DNA of 63,941 bases, filler included, from Candidatus Omnitrophota bacterium (GTDB lineage Bacteria > Omnitrophota > Gorgyraeia > Zapsychrales > Zapsychraceae): the NCBI GenBank assembly GCA_015233495.1. It is 4 parts of 4 records of this genome, joined end to end, with 100 filler letters (N's around TTAATTAATTAA, not from the genome) between each part and the next. Parts side by side here need not be neighbours in the genome. Positions count along the whole stretch, not along the records: positions 40,011 to 59,402 come from JADFXQ010000037.1; 3 more parts are not named here. One strand, 5' to 3'. Position 1 is the stretch's first letter. Every line of letters starts with the position of its first letter. The notes under the pieces are model-generated. The model ran no database searches. It was not told the DNA's origin and saw only the letters and a list, made by a program, of their open reading frames with translations. Of this stretch, positions 40,859 to 53,485 are shown piece by piece. Made by a program: the position numbers and the translations under genes.

Positions 40859-43800
40859 ATGAAAAAACAGCAGCTTGTCCACAGTCTTGTTCTAATTTGT
40901 TTTTTTGTCCTGGGCGCCGGGAGGATACTCGCGGATAATAGCGAAGTGAATTTTTCGGCTTTGCGATCAGCCTCGGGGATGCTGCCACTCCGGCAGTTCG
41001 CCCCGGACCGTTTGATTGTTAAATATAAAAAAGGCAAACACGACGCGGCCCAATCGCTGCGCGCGAAACATCATGTCCGCAATTCGCGACGGGTGTTCGC
41101 CCCGGACGGCTTGTCTGACGCAGCCGCGCAGGATGTCATCGTTAATAAATTCAAGGAATCAAGAAGACATTTCGCGAAACGGGAGCAACGGGCGCAAAAA
41201 CGTCTCGCAGAAAAGTCTAAGGCCGCTTCTGCCGCGGTAGGTGACAGGGAAAAAGCATTGGCGGATTTTTGGGTAGAAGAAGTTCCCGTCGGATCGGACC
41301 TGCAAACCATTCTTAAGGATTATAAAAAGAATCCCAATGTCGAGTCCGCGCAACTCGATTATCAGATGAAAGTGAATATGCTTCCGAATGACCCGTCCTA
41401 TGGTCAGCTTTGGGCCATGCCGAAAATCAAGGCGGATATGGCCTGGGACACGACGCAAGGCGAAGGGGTGATCGTTGCCGTGGTGGATACGGGCATTGAT
41501 TTTAATCATCCGGATTTAGCGGCGAATATTTGGACCAATTCGAATGAGACACTCAACGGCGTAGATGATGATAACAATGGTTTTGTTGATGATATCCGGG
41601 GTTGGAATTTTAGCGATAACCCGAACAACAATAATCCTATGGATGACAATGAACACGGCACGCATGTCGCCGGCACGATTGCCGCGCTGGGGAATAACGG
41701 AATCGGCGTCATCGGGGTTGCCCCGAAGGCAAAAGTCATGGCGGTTAAAGGGTTGAATAAGGACGGTTGGGGGACGATCAGCGGTTTAGCGCAGGGGATC
41801 ATTTATGCCGCGCAGAACGGGGCGGATGTCATCAATAATAGCTGGGGTTGTGTCGCTCATTGTCCGGATAACCCGATTGCGGAAGATGCGGTACGGATTG
41901 CGTATAACCTGGGCGCGACCATTGTATTTGCCGCTATGAATAGCAATCAAGACGTGCAATATTATAGCCCCAATAATATGAAAGAAGTGGTGACTGTCGC
42001 GGCGGTTGATAATCAGGACCAAAAAGCCTGGTTTTCCAATTATGGCGCGAAAATTGATGTATCGGCTCCCGGAGTCGATATATTGTCTACCACGCCGAAT
42101 AATACCTATTCAAGTTTCAGTGGGACATCCATGGCCGCGCCGCATGTCTCCGGTTTAGCGGCACTGATTTTAGCCAATCATCCGGGTTTTACAAACGAAC
42201 AAATCCGCCAAGCTTTGCGGTTGTCCGCCGATGATATAGCTGCCGCGGGGGGATGGGACATGATTTCCGGTTATGGTCGGATCAATGCCCTAAGCGCCAT
42301 TAATAAAAGTGACGTGGGAACCGCGCTCATCCGATTCGTCACGCCAGTCGTTGATGATCCTTTGAATTATGAAATCGATTATTCCGCGGCCGGTCCGAAT
42401 TTTGCTTCGTATATTCTTTCGCAGAAGTTGATCGGCGATGCCAATGCCAAGAACGATCTTTACAGCAATGGTTTACCGATCACGGACGGGAAGTATAATT
42501 ATCATTTCCCCGTGAATATCGATGGAGTGGAGATCAAATTGCAGGCCCGCAATTTTCAGGGAGTCATGGCCGAGGATCGAAGCGTCATCAGTCATCCCAC
42601 GGTGATTCTGCAATATCCCCTGACCGATGAATACGTCCCGGTCAAGACGATTGATGCGCAGGGCTCGGCTTTGGGTAGTGATTTTCTTGAGTATCGCTTG
42701 GAACTGGATGGGACCACAATCAAAGACCGGGCAACTACGCCGGTCAATCAGGGTATTTTGGGCCAGATCGATGTCCCGACATTGGATCCCCGCGTTGCGC
42801 ATCAATTGACGTTGGCAGTCAAAAACACGGCGGGTCGGGAATTCAAGCAAAGTTCTTTATTCAAAATCGCGATTGATAACCTTGCCGGATGGCCGGCGCA
42901 GTTTAAGGTTGAGGAAAACGGACAGGTCTATAAACCTTGGGGGACATCGGATCCGATCATTGCGGATTTGGATCAGGATGGCAAAACGGAAATCATGGTT
43001 ATCATGAATATGGATCCGGTCATTGGGGATGTGATTTGTATTTACCGTCCTGACGGGACATTTTATCCCGGATGGCCGCGGCGTTTTCCCGGTGAATATA
43101 TCGGCGCATTGGCCGCCGGCAATTTGACTGGCGACGCGAAGCAGGAAATTGTCTTTTCTTCCGAAGATTATGCCACCGGCCAGGTCCGGAATTTTTACGC
43201 GCTGGATTTGGCCGGACGGGTTTTGCCCGGGTGGCCGTTGTCCAACGCGATTCGGATGAGTCCGGAAGATTCCATTTCTGTCGCGGATGTCGATGCGGAT
43301 GGTTATGATGAAGTTGTGGTGAGAAATTTGGTTAACAATGCATCGCATACTGATTCCCGGATTGACGTTGTTAAGGGCGATGGCACGCTGATGGCCGGTT
43401 GGCCGCAAATTATAAATCCGGCCAAAATGAATGCGTTCAGCACGGAAAACATTATGCTCAACGTAGGGGATGTGCTTGGTGACCGCCAGAAAGAAATCAT
43501 TGTCAGCACGACTGATATCGCGGAGCCGGCGGTTAGCCGGGTGATGATTTTCAATGCCGCGGGCAACCGGCTCGCGCAACAATCTTTTAATGGCGGGATG
43601 TACATCAAACCCGTATTAGGCGACGTGGATCATGACGGTCACAAAGAGATTGTGTTGGGATTGAAAACCAAGGTGGATCAGAACAATTATGTCAGTAAAC
43701 TCATTGTCATGCGTCCGGATGGCGCAATGCTGCCGGGTTTTCCGGCCGTGATCCCGGATAATCAATTCAATGTCGGGGGTTTGGCTTTAGCGGACACGGA

Positions 43801-46315
43801 TGGCGACGGAAAATTAGAAATCGTGGCGCAAACCGCGAGTTATGGGATCTATGATGAGGTTTCTAAAACAACCCGCAATAAATATTCCCTTTTAGTGTTT
43901 GATCATAACGGTCAAGTTTCCGGCGGGCCGTATGTTTTGTGGAGTGATTTATTTTGGGCCGGCATACCTTTAACAGTCGGGGATGTGAATGGTGACGGGA
44001 ATATTGAGATTATCAATATTTATTGCAACGCTTCTGCCGATCAAGAATATTTGTATATCCGAAATATACGCGGTGAAAATTTGCCGAATTTTCCTTTGGC
44101 GCTGCCGTGTTCCGGAAAATATGACGGCACAGCCTTAACCGATCTTAACCAAGACGGGAAAATCGATATAATTATACCGGTAAAAAACGGGTATGTTTGG
44201 GCGTATAGTCCCTTTAAAACCGCTTTCGATCCGGCGAAACTTTATTGGACGCAAACGGGGTTTGACGCGGGACATACAAATGATTTTGTCCCGCCTAATT
44301 TGCCGCCGGTCATTGCCCCGATTGCCGATCAACGGGCGCTGGTTTCCGCGCCGGCGACTTTCACGGTGAGCGCGGCGGACCCGGATAACGATCACGTGAC
44401 ACTGGCGGCGCAATTGGCGAACGGCAATGCGTTGAGCGCGATGGGCGCGAATTTTACGGATAATGGGAATAATAGCGGGACGTTTAATTGGACGCCGACT
44501 GCGGATAACACGGTTGGGTTGTACACGATTGTGGTGACCGCGCAAGACGCGTTCGGCCATCACGTCAGAGCGAACGGGAATATCATGTTATCACCGAAGG
44601 CGGCCATGACCGCTCCGGCGGATGGGACATTGTTGTTTAGTTCGAATGTGACATTCAATTGGAGTCCGAGCGCGGTGAACGCTACCTATAAATTGCAGAT
44701 GGGCAGGCAAGCGGGCGGGTATGATATTTATAACGGCGCGGATAGTGCCGCGACTTCAGCAGAGGTGACGAATATCCCGTTAGTCGGCCAGCCGGTGTAT
44801 GTGACGTTGACGACCAAGATCGGGGCAATGGTTGCGACTGAGTCGTATAGATATCCGACGATTCAATCCGCGTTCAACATTACGGCTACAACCGGGGCGC
44901 ACGGCACGATTACGCCCGTTGGGAAGGTGACCGTGCATTACGGCGCGAACCAAGTCTTTACAATCATCCCGGCAACGGGGTATAAAATCGGGGATGTATT
45001 GATCGACGGTGTATCGAATCCGGCGGCTATCGCGGCCGGGACATACACTTTCGCCGGTGTTGCCGTCGACCATACGATCGCGGCGAGTTTTGTGCTGAAG
45101 ACGTATTTCCTTTCCGTAAACATTACCCCGCAAGAAGCAATTGCGGCAGGCGCGAAGTGGCATTTAACGTCCGGACCGGATACCACGCTCAAGAACAGCG
45201 GGGATACGATAACGAATCTGCCGGCCGGGACATATGCGGTCGCGTTTAACGGGTTCAACGGGTTTACCGCTCCGGCAACCCAGACAATACGGCTTGCCGA
45301 TGGCAACCCCTCGATTGTGACTGCGGCGTATACACCGTGGCAGGCATTTTTTCTGACAGTTGCTCTCACGCCTACCGGAGCTATCACTGCGGGCGGTAAG
45401 TGGAAGTTGAACGCCGGTCCGGATACAACGTGGAAAAACAGCGGCGACACGATCGCGAATATACCCGGCGGGTCGTATACGGTTTCTTATGCAGCGGCGA
45501 GTGAGTTTACCACGCCGGCTTCCAAGACGCTAAGAGTCATTGATGGGACAGCCACAACTGTGACAGCGGCGTATGTGCCGATCCCGCGGTTTTCCTTGAC
45601 TGTTCAGCTATCGCCATCCGACGCGATTGCGGCAGGCGGGAAATGGAAGTTGAATGCCGGTCCGGACAAGACGTGGAAAAACAGCGGCGATACGATCGCG
45701 AGTATTCCGGGCGGGTCGTATACGGTTTCCTATTCCGCGGCGACCGAATTTACCACACCGGCAACGCAAACGATCCGGGTGATTGATGGAACAGCCACAA
45801 CCGTGACAGCGGCTTATGTGCCGATCCCGCGGTTTTCCTTGACTGTCCAGCTATCGTCATCCGACGCGATTGCGGCAGGCGGGAAGTGGAAGTTGAATGC
45901 CGGTCCGGACAAGACGTGGAAAAACAGCGGCGACACGATCGCGAGTATTCCGGGCGGGTCGTACAGTATTTCGTACGCTTCGTTTAATGGATTCACCCCG
46001 CCGGCAACTCAGACGATCCGAGTCATGGACGGGAGCGCGACAACCGTCAACGCGGCCTATATTCCTTTGCCGACGTTTACCTTAACCGGAGCCCTGACTC
46101 CGCCGGAGGCGATCGCGGCTGGCGCGAAATGGCGGTTGACCTCTGGCCCGGATACGGCGTGGAAAATCAGCGGCGTCCAGCTATACAATTTGCCGGGTGG
46201 GTCGTATACAGTAACCTTTTACCCGGTAAGCCGCTGGCGAACTCCGGCGAACCAAGCGATCAGAATCACGGATGGAAGCAGTCTGACGGTGACCGGGACT
46301 TATACACCGCAATAA
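40859..46315 (+). CDS. Large secreted S8 (subtilisin) serine protease with FG-GAP/VCBS-like repeats, Ig-like domains and C-terminal ~80-aa tandem repeats
   Basis: Catalytic triad VDTGID / HGTHVAG / GTSMAAPH; DxDxDGxxE repeats with GWP motifs; five AGxKWxL..GPD..WKNSG repeats. Confidence 0.93.
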   Translation: MKKQQLVHSLVLICFFVLGAGRILADNSEVNFSALRSASGMLPLRQFAPDRLIVKYKKGKHDAAQSLRAKHHVRNSRRVFAPDGLSDAAAQDVIVNKFKESRRHFAKREQRAQKRLAEKSKAASAAVGDREKALADFWVEEVPVGSDLQTILKDYKKNPNVESAQLDYQMKVNMLPNDPSYGQLWAMPKIKADMAWDTTQGEGVIVAVVDTGIDFNHPDLAANIWTNSNETLNGVDDDNNGFVDDIRGWNFSDNPNNNNPMDDNEHGTHVAGTIAALGNNGIGVIGVAPKAKVMAVKGLNKDGWGTISGLAQGIIYAAQNGADVINNSWGCVAHCPDNPIAEDAVRIAYNLGATIVFAAMNSNQDVQYYSPNNMKEVVTVAAVDNQDQKAWFSNYGAKIDVSAPGVDILSTTPNNTYSSFSGTSMAAPHVSGLAALILANHPGFTNEQIRQALRLSADDIAAAGGWDMISGYGRINALSAINKSDVGTALIRFVTPVVDDPLNYEIDYSAAGPNFASYILSQKLIGDANAKNDLYSNGLPITDGKYNYHFPVNIDGVEIKLQARNFQGVMAEDRSVISHPTVILQYPLTDEYVPVKTIDAQGSALGSDFLEYRLELDGTTIKDRATTPVNQGILGQIDVPTLDPRVAHQLTLAVKNTAGREFKQSSLFKIAIDNLAGWPAQFKVEENGQVYKPWGTSDPIIADLDQDGKTEIMVIMNMDPVIGDVICIYRPDGTFYPGWPRRFPGEYIGALAAGNLTGDAKQEIVFSSEDYATGQVRNFYALDLAGRVLPGWPLSNAIRMSPEDSISVADVDADGYDEVVVRNLVNNASHTDSRIDVVKGDGTLMAGWPQIINPAKMNAFSTENIMLNVGDVLGDRQKEIIVSTTDIAEPAVSRVMIFNAAGNRLAQQSFNGGMYIKPVLGDVDHDGHKEIVLGLKTKVDQNNYVSKLIVMRPDGAMLPGFPAVIPDNQFNVGGLALADTDGDGKLEIVAQTASYGIYDEVSKTTRNKYSLLVFDHNGQVSGGPYVLWSDLFWAGIPLTVGDVNGDGNIEIINIYCNASADQEYLYIRNIRGENLPNFPLALPCSGKYDGTALTDLNQDGKIDIIIPVKNGYVWAYSPFKTAFDPAKLYWTQTGFDAGHTNDFVPPNLPPVIAPIADQRALVSAPATFTVSAADPDNDHVTLAAQLANGNALSAMGANFTDNGNNSGTFNWTPTADNTVGLYTIVVTAQDAFGHHVRANGNIMLSPKAAMTAPADGTLLFSSNVTFNWSPSAVNATYKLQMGRQAGGYDIYNGADSAATSAEVTNIPLVGQPVYVTLTTKIGAMVATESYRYPTIQSAFNITATTGAHGTITPVGKVTVHYGANQVFTIIPATGYKIGDVLIDGVSNPAAIAAGTYTFAGVAVDHTIAASFVLKTYFLSVNITPQEAIAAGAKWHLTSGPDTTLKNSGDTITNLPAGTYAVAFNGFNGFTAPATQTIRLADGNPSIVTAAYTPWQAFFLTVALTPTGAITAGGKWKLNAGPDTTWKNSGDTIANIPGGSYTVSYAAASEFTTPASKTLRVIDGTATTVTAAYVPIPRFSLTVQLSPSDAIAAGGKWKLNAGPDKTWKNSGDTIASIPGGSYTVSYSAATEFTTPATQTIRVIDGTATTVTAAYVPIPRFSLTVQLSSSDAIAAGGKWKLNAGPDKTWKNSGDTIASIPGGSYSISYASFNGFTPPATQTIRVMDGSATTVNAAYIPLPTFTLTGALTPPEAIAAGAKWRLTSGPDTAWKISGVQLYNLPGGSYTVTFYPVSRWRTPANQAIRITDGSSLTVTGTYTPQ

Positions 46316-46321
46316 ACCGTG

Positions 46322-46612
<291 letters not shown>

Positions 46613-46667
46613 ATAACTACAACAACATTGAAATTACTTCTCGACTTTTGCCTGCCTTTGACGGAAA

Positions 46668-48200
46668 ATGTTTTTTATGTCACGCCGTGATTTTTTGCTA
46701 ACGATTGTTTCCGCGGTTCTGTTGATCTTCGCGTTTCCCTGCACGGATTGGTGGCGGCTGGCTTGGGTGGGATTTGTGCCTTTGTTGTTCGTTATCGACG
46801 GCAAGAAGCCAAGTCAGGCCTTTGGTCTCGCGTATCTTTGCGGCCTGATATTTTTCTTCGGCACGCTTTATTGGTTCTGGCACGTCACGTTGCTCGGCAT
46901 GATCTTGTTGGTTATGTATTTCGCCGTGTATTTCGGCTGTTTCGGCGCTTTGGCTGTCCGGTTCGGCGGCCGTTCTATCCTCAGCCGCATTTTTATTCTC
47001 CCCATATTCTGGGTCAGTTTGGAATTGATTCGCTCGCGGCTGTTCACCGGGTTCGACTGGGTGAGTTTGGGCCATTCGCAATATAAAATATTTTATTTGA
47101 TTCAAATCGCCGACCTGACCGGAGTTTTCGGTATTTCATTTTTGGTCATGATGGGCAATGTGTTGGTTAAGGAAATCATTTCCGGAGGCATTCACAAAAA
47201 TACCCGCGGACTGGGTTGGCCGGTTGTGATTTTCGCGGGGATTTTCATGGCCGTATTTTTTTATGGCCGCCCCCATTCCGTCATGACCAGACTCTCGTCG
47301 AGTGTGATTGTTTCGGTTGTCCAGCCGCAGATCAAGCAGACGCTGAAATGGGTGGAAGCCACCTGGCCGGATATTTTGCGGGAATTAAAATTATTGACCC
47401 TGAAAGCCGCGGCAGACCGGCCGGGTTTGATTGTTTGGCCGGAAACCGCTTTTCCGGGAATTTTGGAAAAATCCGCCGCGGGAGATTTTCGCGACCCAGG
47501 CCAATGGATTGACGAAGTGCGGGCGATCGCGCGTGCAGTTCACGTCCCGCTTTTATTCGGAGCGGTCATTGAAGAAGACGGCCGCTATTTCAACGCCGCG
47601 TTGCTTATGGACGAACAGGGAAACATCAAAGAAGTTTACCGCAAAAGACATTTAGTCGCTTTTGGCGAGTATGTGCCTCTGCGCCGGTTTTGGCCGGCGC
47701 TGGCCAAGTTTGTGCCGATTGAGGATTTTACGTCCGGAAAAAATTGGACCGTGTTTTCTCTCGGCGACCCGCAGTATCCGCGCCTGCGGTTTTCGTCCCT
47801 GATTTGTTTTGAAGACACGGTGGCCCGGGTCACGCGTCAGTTTGTTTTAAGCGACGCGGATGTATTGATCAATATGACCAATGACGCCTGGTTTGGCCGG
47901 TCCAAGGCCATGTTCCTGCATTTGCAATCCGCGGTGTTCCGCGCTGTGGAAAACCGCAAGCCGCTCATTCGCGCGGCCAATACCGGCGTGAGCGCGTTCA
48001 TCGCGGATGACGGCTCCATTGAAGAAACTTTGCCGGATTTTGCTTCTCTACGCAATGACCATCCCGGAGTCATGACCCGGATAGTTTCTTATCAACGGGG
48101 TAAACCAACCCTATATTCTCGCTGGGGCGATTGGTTCGCGTGGGCCGGTTTTCTCTTCAGTCTGGCGATAATTGGATTTGGATTAAAGTTTAAAAAATAA
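46668..48200 (+). CDS. lnt: Apolipoprotein N-acyltransferase
   Basis: VWPET, YRKRHLVAFGEY, ICFED, TNDAWF, RAANTGVS. Confidence 0.95.
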   Translation: MFFMSRRDFLLTIVSAVLLIFAFPCTDWWRLAWVGFVPLLFVIDGKKPSQAFGLAYLCGLIFFFGTLYWFWHVTLLGMILLVMYFAVYFGCFGALAVRFGGRSILSRIFILPIFWVSLELIRSRLFTGFDWVSLGHSQYKIFYLIQIADLTGVFGISFLVMMGNVLVKEIISGGIHKNTRGLGWPVVIFAGIFMAVFFYGRPHSVMTRLSSSVIVSVVQPQIKQTLKWVEATWPDILRELKLLTLKAAADRPGLIVWPETAFPGILEKSAAGDFRDPGQWIDEVRAIARAVHVPLLFGAVIEEDGRYFNAALLMDEQGNIKEVYRKRHLVAFGEYVPLRRFWPALAKFVPIEDFTSGKNWTVFSLGDPQYPRLRFSSLICFEDTVARVTRQFVLSDADVLINMTNDAWFGRSKAMFLHLQSAVFRAVENRKPLIRAANTGVSAFIADDGSIEETLPDFASLRNDHPGVMTRIVSYQRGKPTLYSRWGDWFAWAGFLFSLAIIGFGLKFKK

Positions 48201-48304
48201 AATAGGCCTGTTTTTCCGCGGTAGATTTAATATAATAAAAAAAAGATCTACTAAGGATCAAATGAACGGATTATTTTCAATGGTCTTTAAAAAAAGAGGC
48301 GGCT

Positions 48305-48796
48305 ATGTTGTTTAAAGAATATCCGATTGAGGTCATAGGTTATAGCGTGGCGTTATTGGGCATTTTATTTTTAATTGTTAAAAATACACGGCGCCAGAAA
48401 AGAACGGCTAAATCACCCGGACGTTGGAAATCGATTTTGGTGATCGACGACGACGAAGGCATTCTGCATTCGACACGGTCCATTCTTTTGTCCGCGGGTT
48501 ACGGCGTCTTAGTCGCGAATCGGGGAGAATTTGGTTTGCAAATCGCCCAGACCCAGAAACCGGATTTGATCATTACGGATGTGATTATGCCGGGGATGAA
48601 AGGCCGGGAATTATGCCAGCGATTGAAGCAGGATGAAAACACCCAAAATATTCCGGTGGTTTTTTTGACCGCCAAAGATTCTCCGGAGGATATTGCCGCG
48701 GAAAAAGAAGCTGGCGGCGTCGCGCATCTTACGAAGCCGGTCAACGCGAAAATACTGCTGGCGACGGTTTCTCAAATTCTGAACGCGCCATTATGA
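48305..48796 (+). CDS. Single receiver-domain protein with N-terminal TM helix
   Basis: ILVIDDD, DVIMPGM, FLTAK, KP motifs after a hydrophobic helix. Confidence 0.85.
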   Translation: MLFKEYPIEVIGYSVALLGILFLIVKNTRRQKRTAKSPGRWKSILVIDDDEGILHSTRSILLSAGYGVLVANRGEFGLQIAQTQKPDLIITDVIMPGMKGRELCQRLKQDENTQNIPVVFLTAKDSPEDIAAEKEAGGVAHLTKPVNAKILLATVSQILNAPL

Positions 48797-49698
48797 GCAT
48801 TTTAAAACCATTGAGAGCCGCGCAGCGGGCGTTGGCGCGGCAGGGATTATACGTTTTTTTCGCGCTTTTTCGTCCTTTGCCCTACCGTTTGGTGCGTCTG
48901 ATCGGTCAGGTTTTGATCGCGGTTGGCTATGTTTTTATCTGGCGCCAGAAAAAAATCGCTCGGGAAAGTTTAACGATTGCCTTCTCCGGAGAGAAAAGCG
49001 CGGCGGAAATCGAGAACATCGCGCGGGAATGTTTTTATAATTTCGGGTGGGGCATGGTGGAAATGCTTTATGCCATGGCCCATCCGCATTGGGCCTTGGG
49101 AAAAGTAACGATAGACGGCCGCGACCGTCTTGACACCGCTTTGGCCCGCGGCCAGGGGGTGATTACGGTCACCGCGCATTTTGGCAATTTTCCTCTGATG
49201 ATGCTGGCTTTGGCCCAAATGGGATATGACGTGAGTTCGATAATTCGGCCGGCCCGGGACGCGGATTTGGAAAAATTTTTATATCGCAAGCGTTCGGACC
49301 TGTCCGTTAAAACCGTGTATGCCATTCCCCGCCGGGAATGCGTTGAACAATCCTTGAAAGTATTGCGGACGAATGGATTGCTGTTTATTCCCATCGACCA
49401 GCATTTTGGCAACGGCCACGGGGTCTGGGTTGATTTTTTTGGCCGGAAGGCGGCTACAGCTACGGGGCCGGCGGTTTTTTCTCTGCGAACCGGGGCGCCG
49501 ATTATTCCGGTTTTTGTGACGCGTCAAGGAGTGGACGGACACCGGATTATTGTCGAAGCGCCGATCCCGGTAGCGGCGGGCGCGGATGAAGAAGAACGCG
49601 TTTTAGAGACAACCGCGGCGATAACGCGGGTGATCGAACAATATATCCGCCGTTATCCGCAAGAATGGGGATGGATGCACCGACGTTGGAAGACCTAG
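48793..49698 (+). CDS. Lipid A/lysophospholipid acyltransferase (LpxL/HtrB family)
   Basis: TAHFGNF, DQ, VDFFG, YPQEWGWMHRRWK. Confidence 0.88.
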   Translation: MSILKPLRAAQRALARQGLYVFFALFRPLPYRLVRLIGQVLIAVGYVFIWRQKKIARESLTIAFSGEKSAAEIENIARECFYNFGWGMVEMLYAMAHPHWALGKVTIDGRDRLDTALARGQGVITVTAHFGNFPLMMLALAQMGYDVSSIIRPARDADLEKFLYRKRSDLSVKTVYAIPRRECVEQSLKVLRTNGLLFIPIDQHFGNGHGVWVDFFGRKAATATGPAVFSLRTGAPIIPVFVTRQGVDGHRIIVEAPIPVAAGADEEERVLETTAAITRVIEQYIRRYPQEWGWMHRRWKT

Positions 49699-49706
49699 GA
49701 GGAAAA

Positions 49707-49886
49707 ATGACCACAGAAAACAATTATAAAAAGTTTGTCCGATTCATCGGCGGGATGGCGGCTTTGCTTTTAGGCGTTACGCTGATCTTGATGTTTTGGC
49801 AAGATGTTGTTTCTTTGTTCCGCGGTTTTGCCGGATTGGCTTTGGCTTTGGGTGGATTATTGGCGCTTTATTCGGTTCGGGATTGA
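49707..49886 (+). CDS. Small two-TM membrane protein
   Basis: Strong RBS AGGAGG, 59 aa, two hydrophobic helices, stop overlaps the next ATG. Confidence 0.7.
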   Translation: MTTENNYKKFVRFIGGMAALLLGVTLILMFWQDVVSLFRGFAGLALALGGLLALYSVRD

Positions 49887-50575
49887 TGAACGCGGACGGT
49901 AGACGGATGACAGCAGACGGCGGACAGCGGAAAAAAATTTCTCCCCAATTGGTTATCTTTGACATTGACGGCACACTCGTCAACGCTTTTCCCGCGGTGG
50001 TCAGCAGTTTAAATTTCGCGACGACCCGATTAGGCTACCCGCCGCAAGACCCCGAGGTGATTGAGCGTAATGTCGGCTGGGGCGAGCGGCATTTGCTCAG
50101 CCGGTTTGTCCGGCCCGAGGATATCGAACCGATCATCGCGCATTACCGCGAACATCATCAGACGGCTTTGTTAACCGGAACCAGCTTTATGCCGGGCGCC
50201 GCGGCAATCCTGCCGGAGTTGAGCCGGCAGGGTTATCAAATCGCAGTCGCGACCAACCGTCCCCAGTGGTCAACGGAAATCATACTTAAGGTATTGAATA
50301 TACGGCATTTTTTTGCCGCGATTGTAGCCGGCGATATGGTGGCGCGGCCTAAACCGGCGCCGGACATGTTAAACCAAATTCTTAAAGTGTGTTGCGTAGA
50401 GGCTGATTCGGCAGTATTTGTAGGCGATATGACGGTGGACGTCGAAACCGGCCACAACGCGGGCGTGCGAGTGATTGCCGTAACGACCGGCACAAGCACC
50501 TTGGCAGAGATTCAAGCGTTGCGGCCTTTTGGCGTGGTTTCGTCTTTAGATGAAATTTGGCAATTGATTTCTTAA
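49886..50575 (+). CDS. HAD family hydrolase (phosphoglycolate phosphatase-like)
   Basis: FDIDGTL, ATN, KPAP, VGD motifs. Confidence 0.9.
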   Translation: MNADGRRMTADGGQRKKISPQLVIFDIDGTLVNAFPAVVSSLNFATTRLGYPPQDPEVIERNVGWGERHLLSRFVRPEDIEPIIAHYREHHQTALLTGTSFMPGAAAILPELSRQGYQIAVATNRPQWSTEIILKVLNIRHFFAAIVAGDMVARPKPAPDMLNQILKVCCVEADSAVFVGDMTVDVETGHNAGVRVIAVTTGTSTLAEIQALRPFGVVSSLDEIWQLIS

Positions 50576-50681
50576 ATAATCCAACCGGCGGCAGGGTTGT
50601 ATTTTTTTATTGATTATTTTTTGTTTTTTATGTATAACCATATACTCAAACTATTTAAAAAAAGACAATTAAGGACTACTC

Positions 50682-50765
50682 ATGGGCAAGACACGTAAAC
50701 GCCGCGCTAAATTGAGCTGGCGTTCCAAAAAAGCGAATCACGGCACAAAACCCAACCGCGGTTAA
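50682..50765 (+). CDS. Small basic protein resembling 50S ribosomal protein bL37
   Basis: MGKTRKRRAKLSWRSKKANHGTKPNRG; KANHGxxPN motif, AAGGA RBS, hairpin right after the stop; below ORF-track cutoff. Confidence 0.75.
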   Translation: MGKTRKRRAKLSWRSKKANHGTKPNRG

Positions 50766-50766
50766 T

Positions 50767-50811
50767 TTCTTCCCTCCGGCCGCTTGCAAAAAGCGAAGCG
50801 GCCGGAGGAAA
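50767..50811 (+). terminator. Hairpin downstream of the bL37-like ORF
   Basis: CCTCCGGCCGCTT...AAGCGGCCGGAGG inverted repeat. Confidence 0.55.
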
Positions 50812-50968
50812 CACCTTCGCGCTGCATCCTTCATTTAAAAAGCCTATTCAGATTTTCAAATTAAAAGTAGACGGAACAGAATCAGAAGCATATGCTATAA
50901 AAGCATTTAGAGAAATAATCACTGACGTTATATTTTCGCATAAGCAGGAAAAAACAAGGAGGAGGGGT

Positions 50969-53392
<2,424 letters not shown>

Positions 53393-53397
53393 ATAGT

Positions 53398-53477
53398 AAT
53401 AAATAATGACAGGCCTAATAAAAAAGGTGACAAAATATTTTTTGTCACCTTTTTTATTAGGCCTGTCATTATTTATT
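53398..53477. terminator. Long perfect inverted repeat (38-bp arms) between convergent genes
   Basis: AATAAATAATGACAGGCCTAATAAAAAAGGTGACAAAA-TATT-exact reverse complement. Confidence 0.75.
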
Positions 53478-53485
53478 TTTACGCG

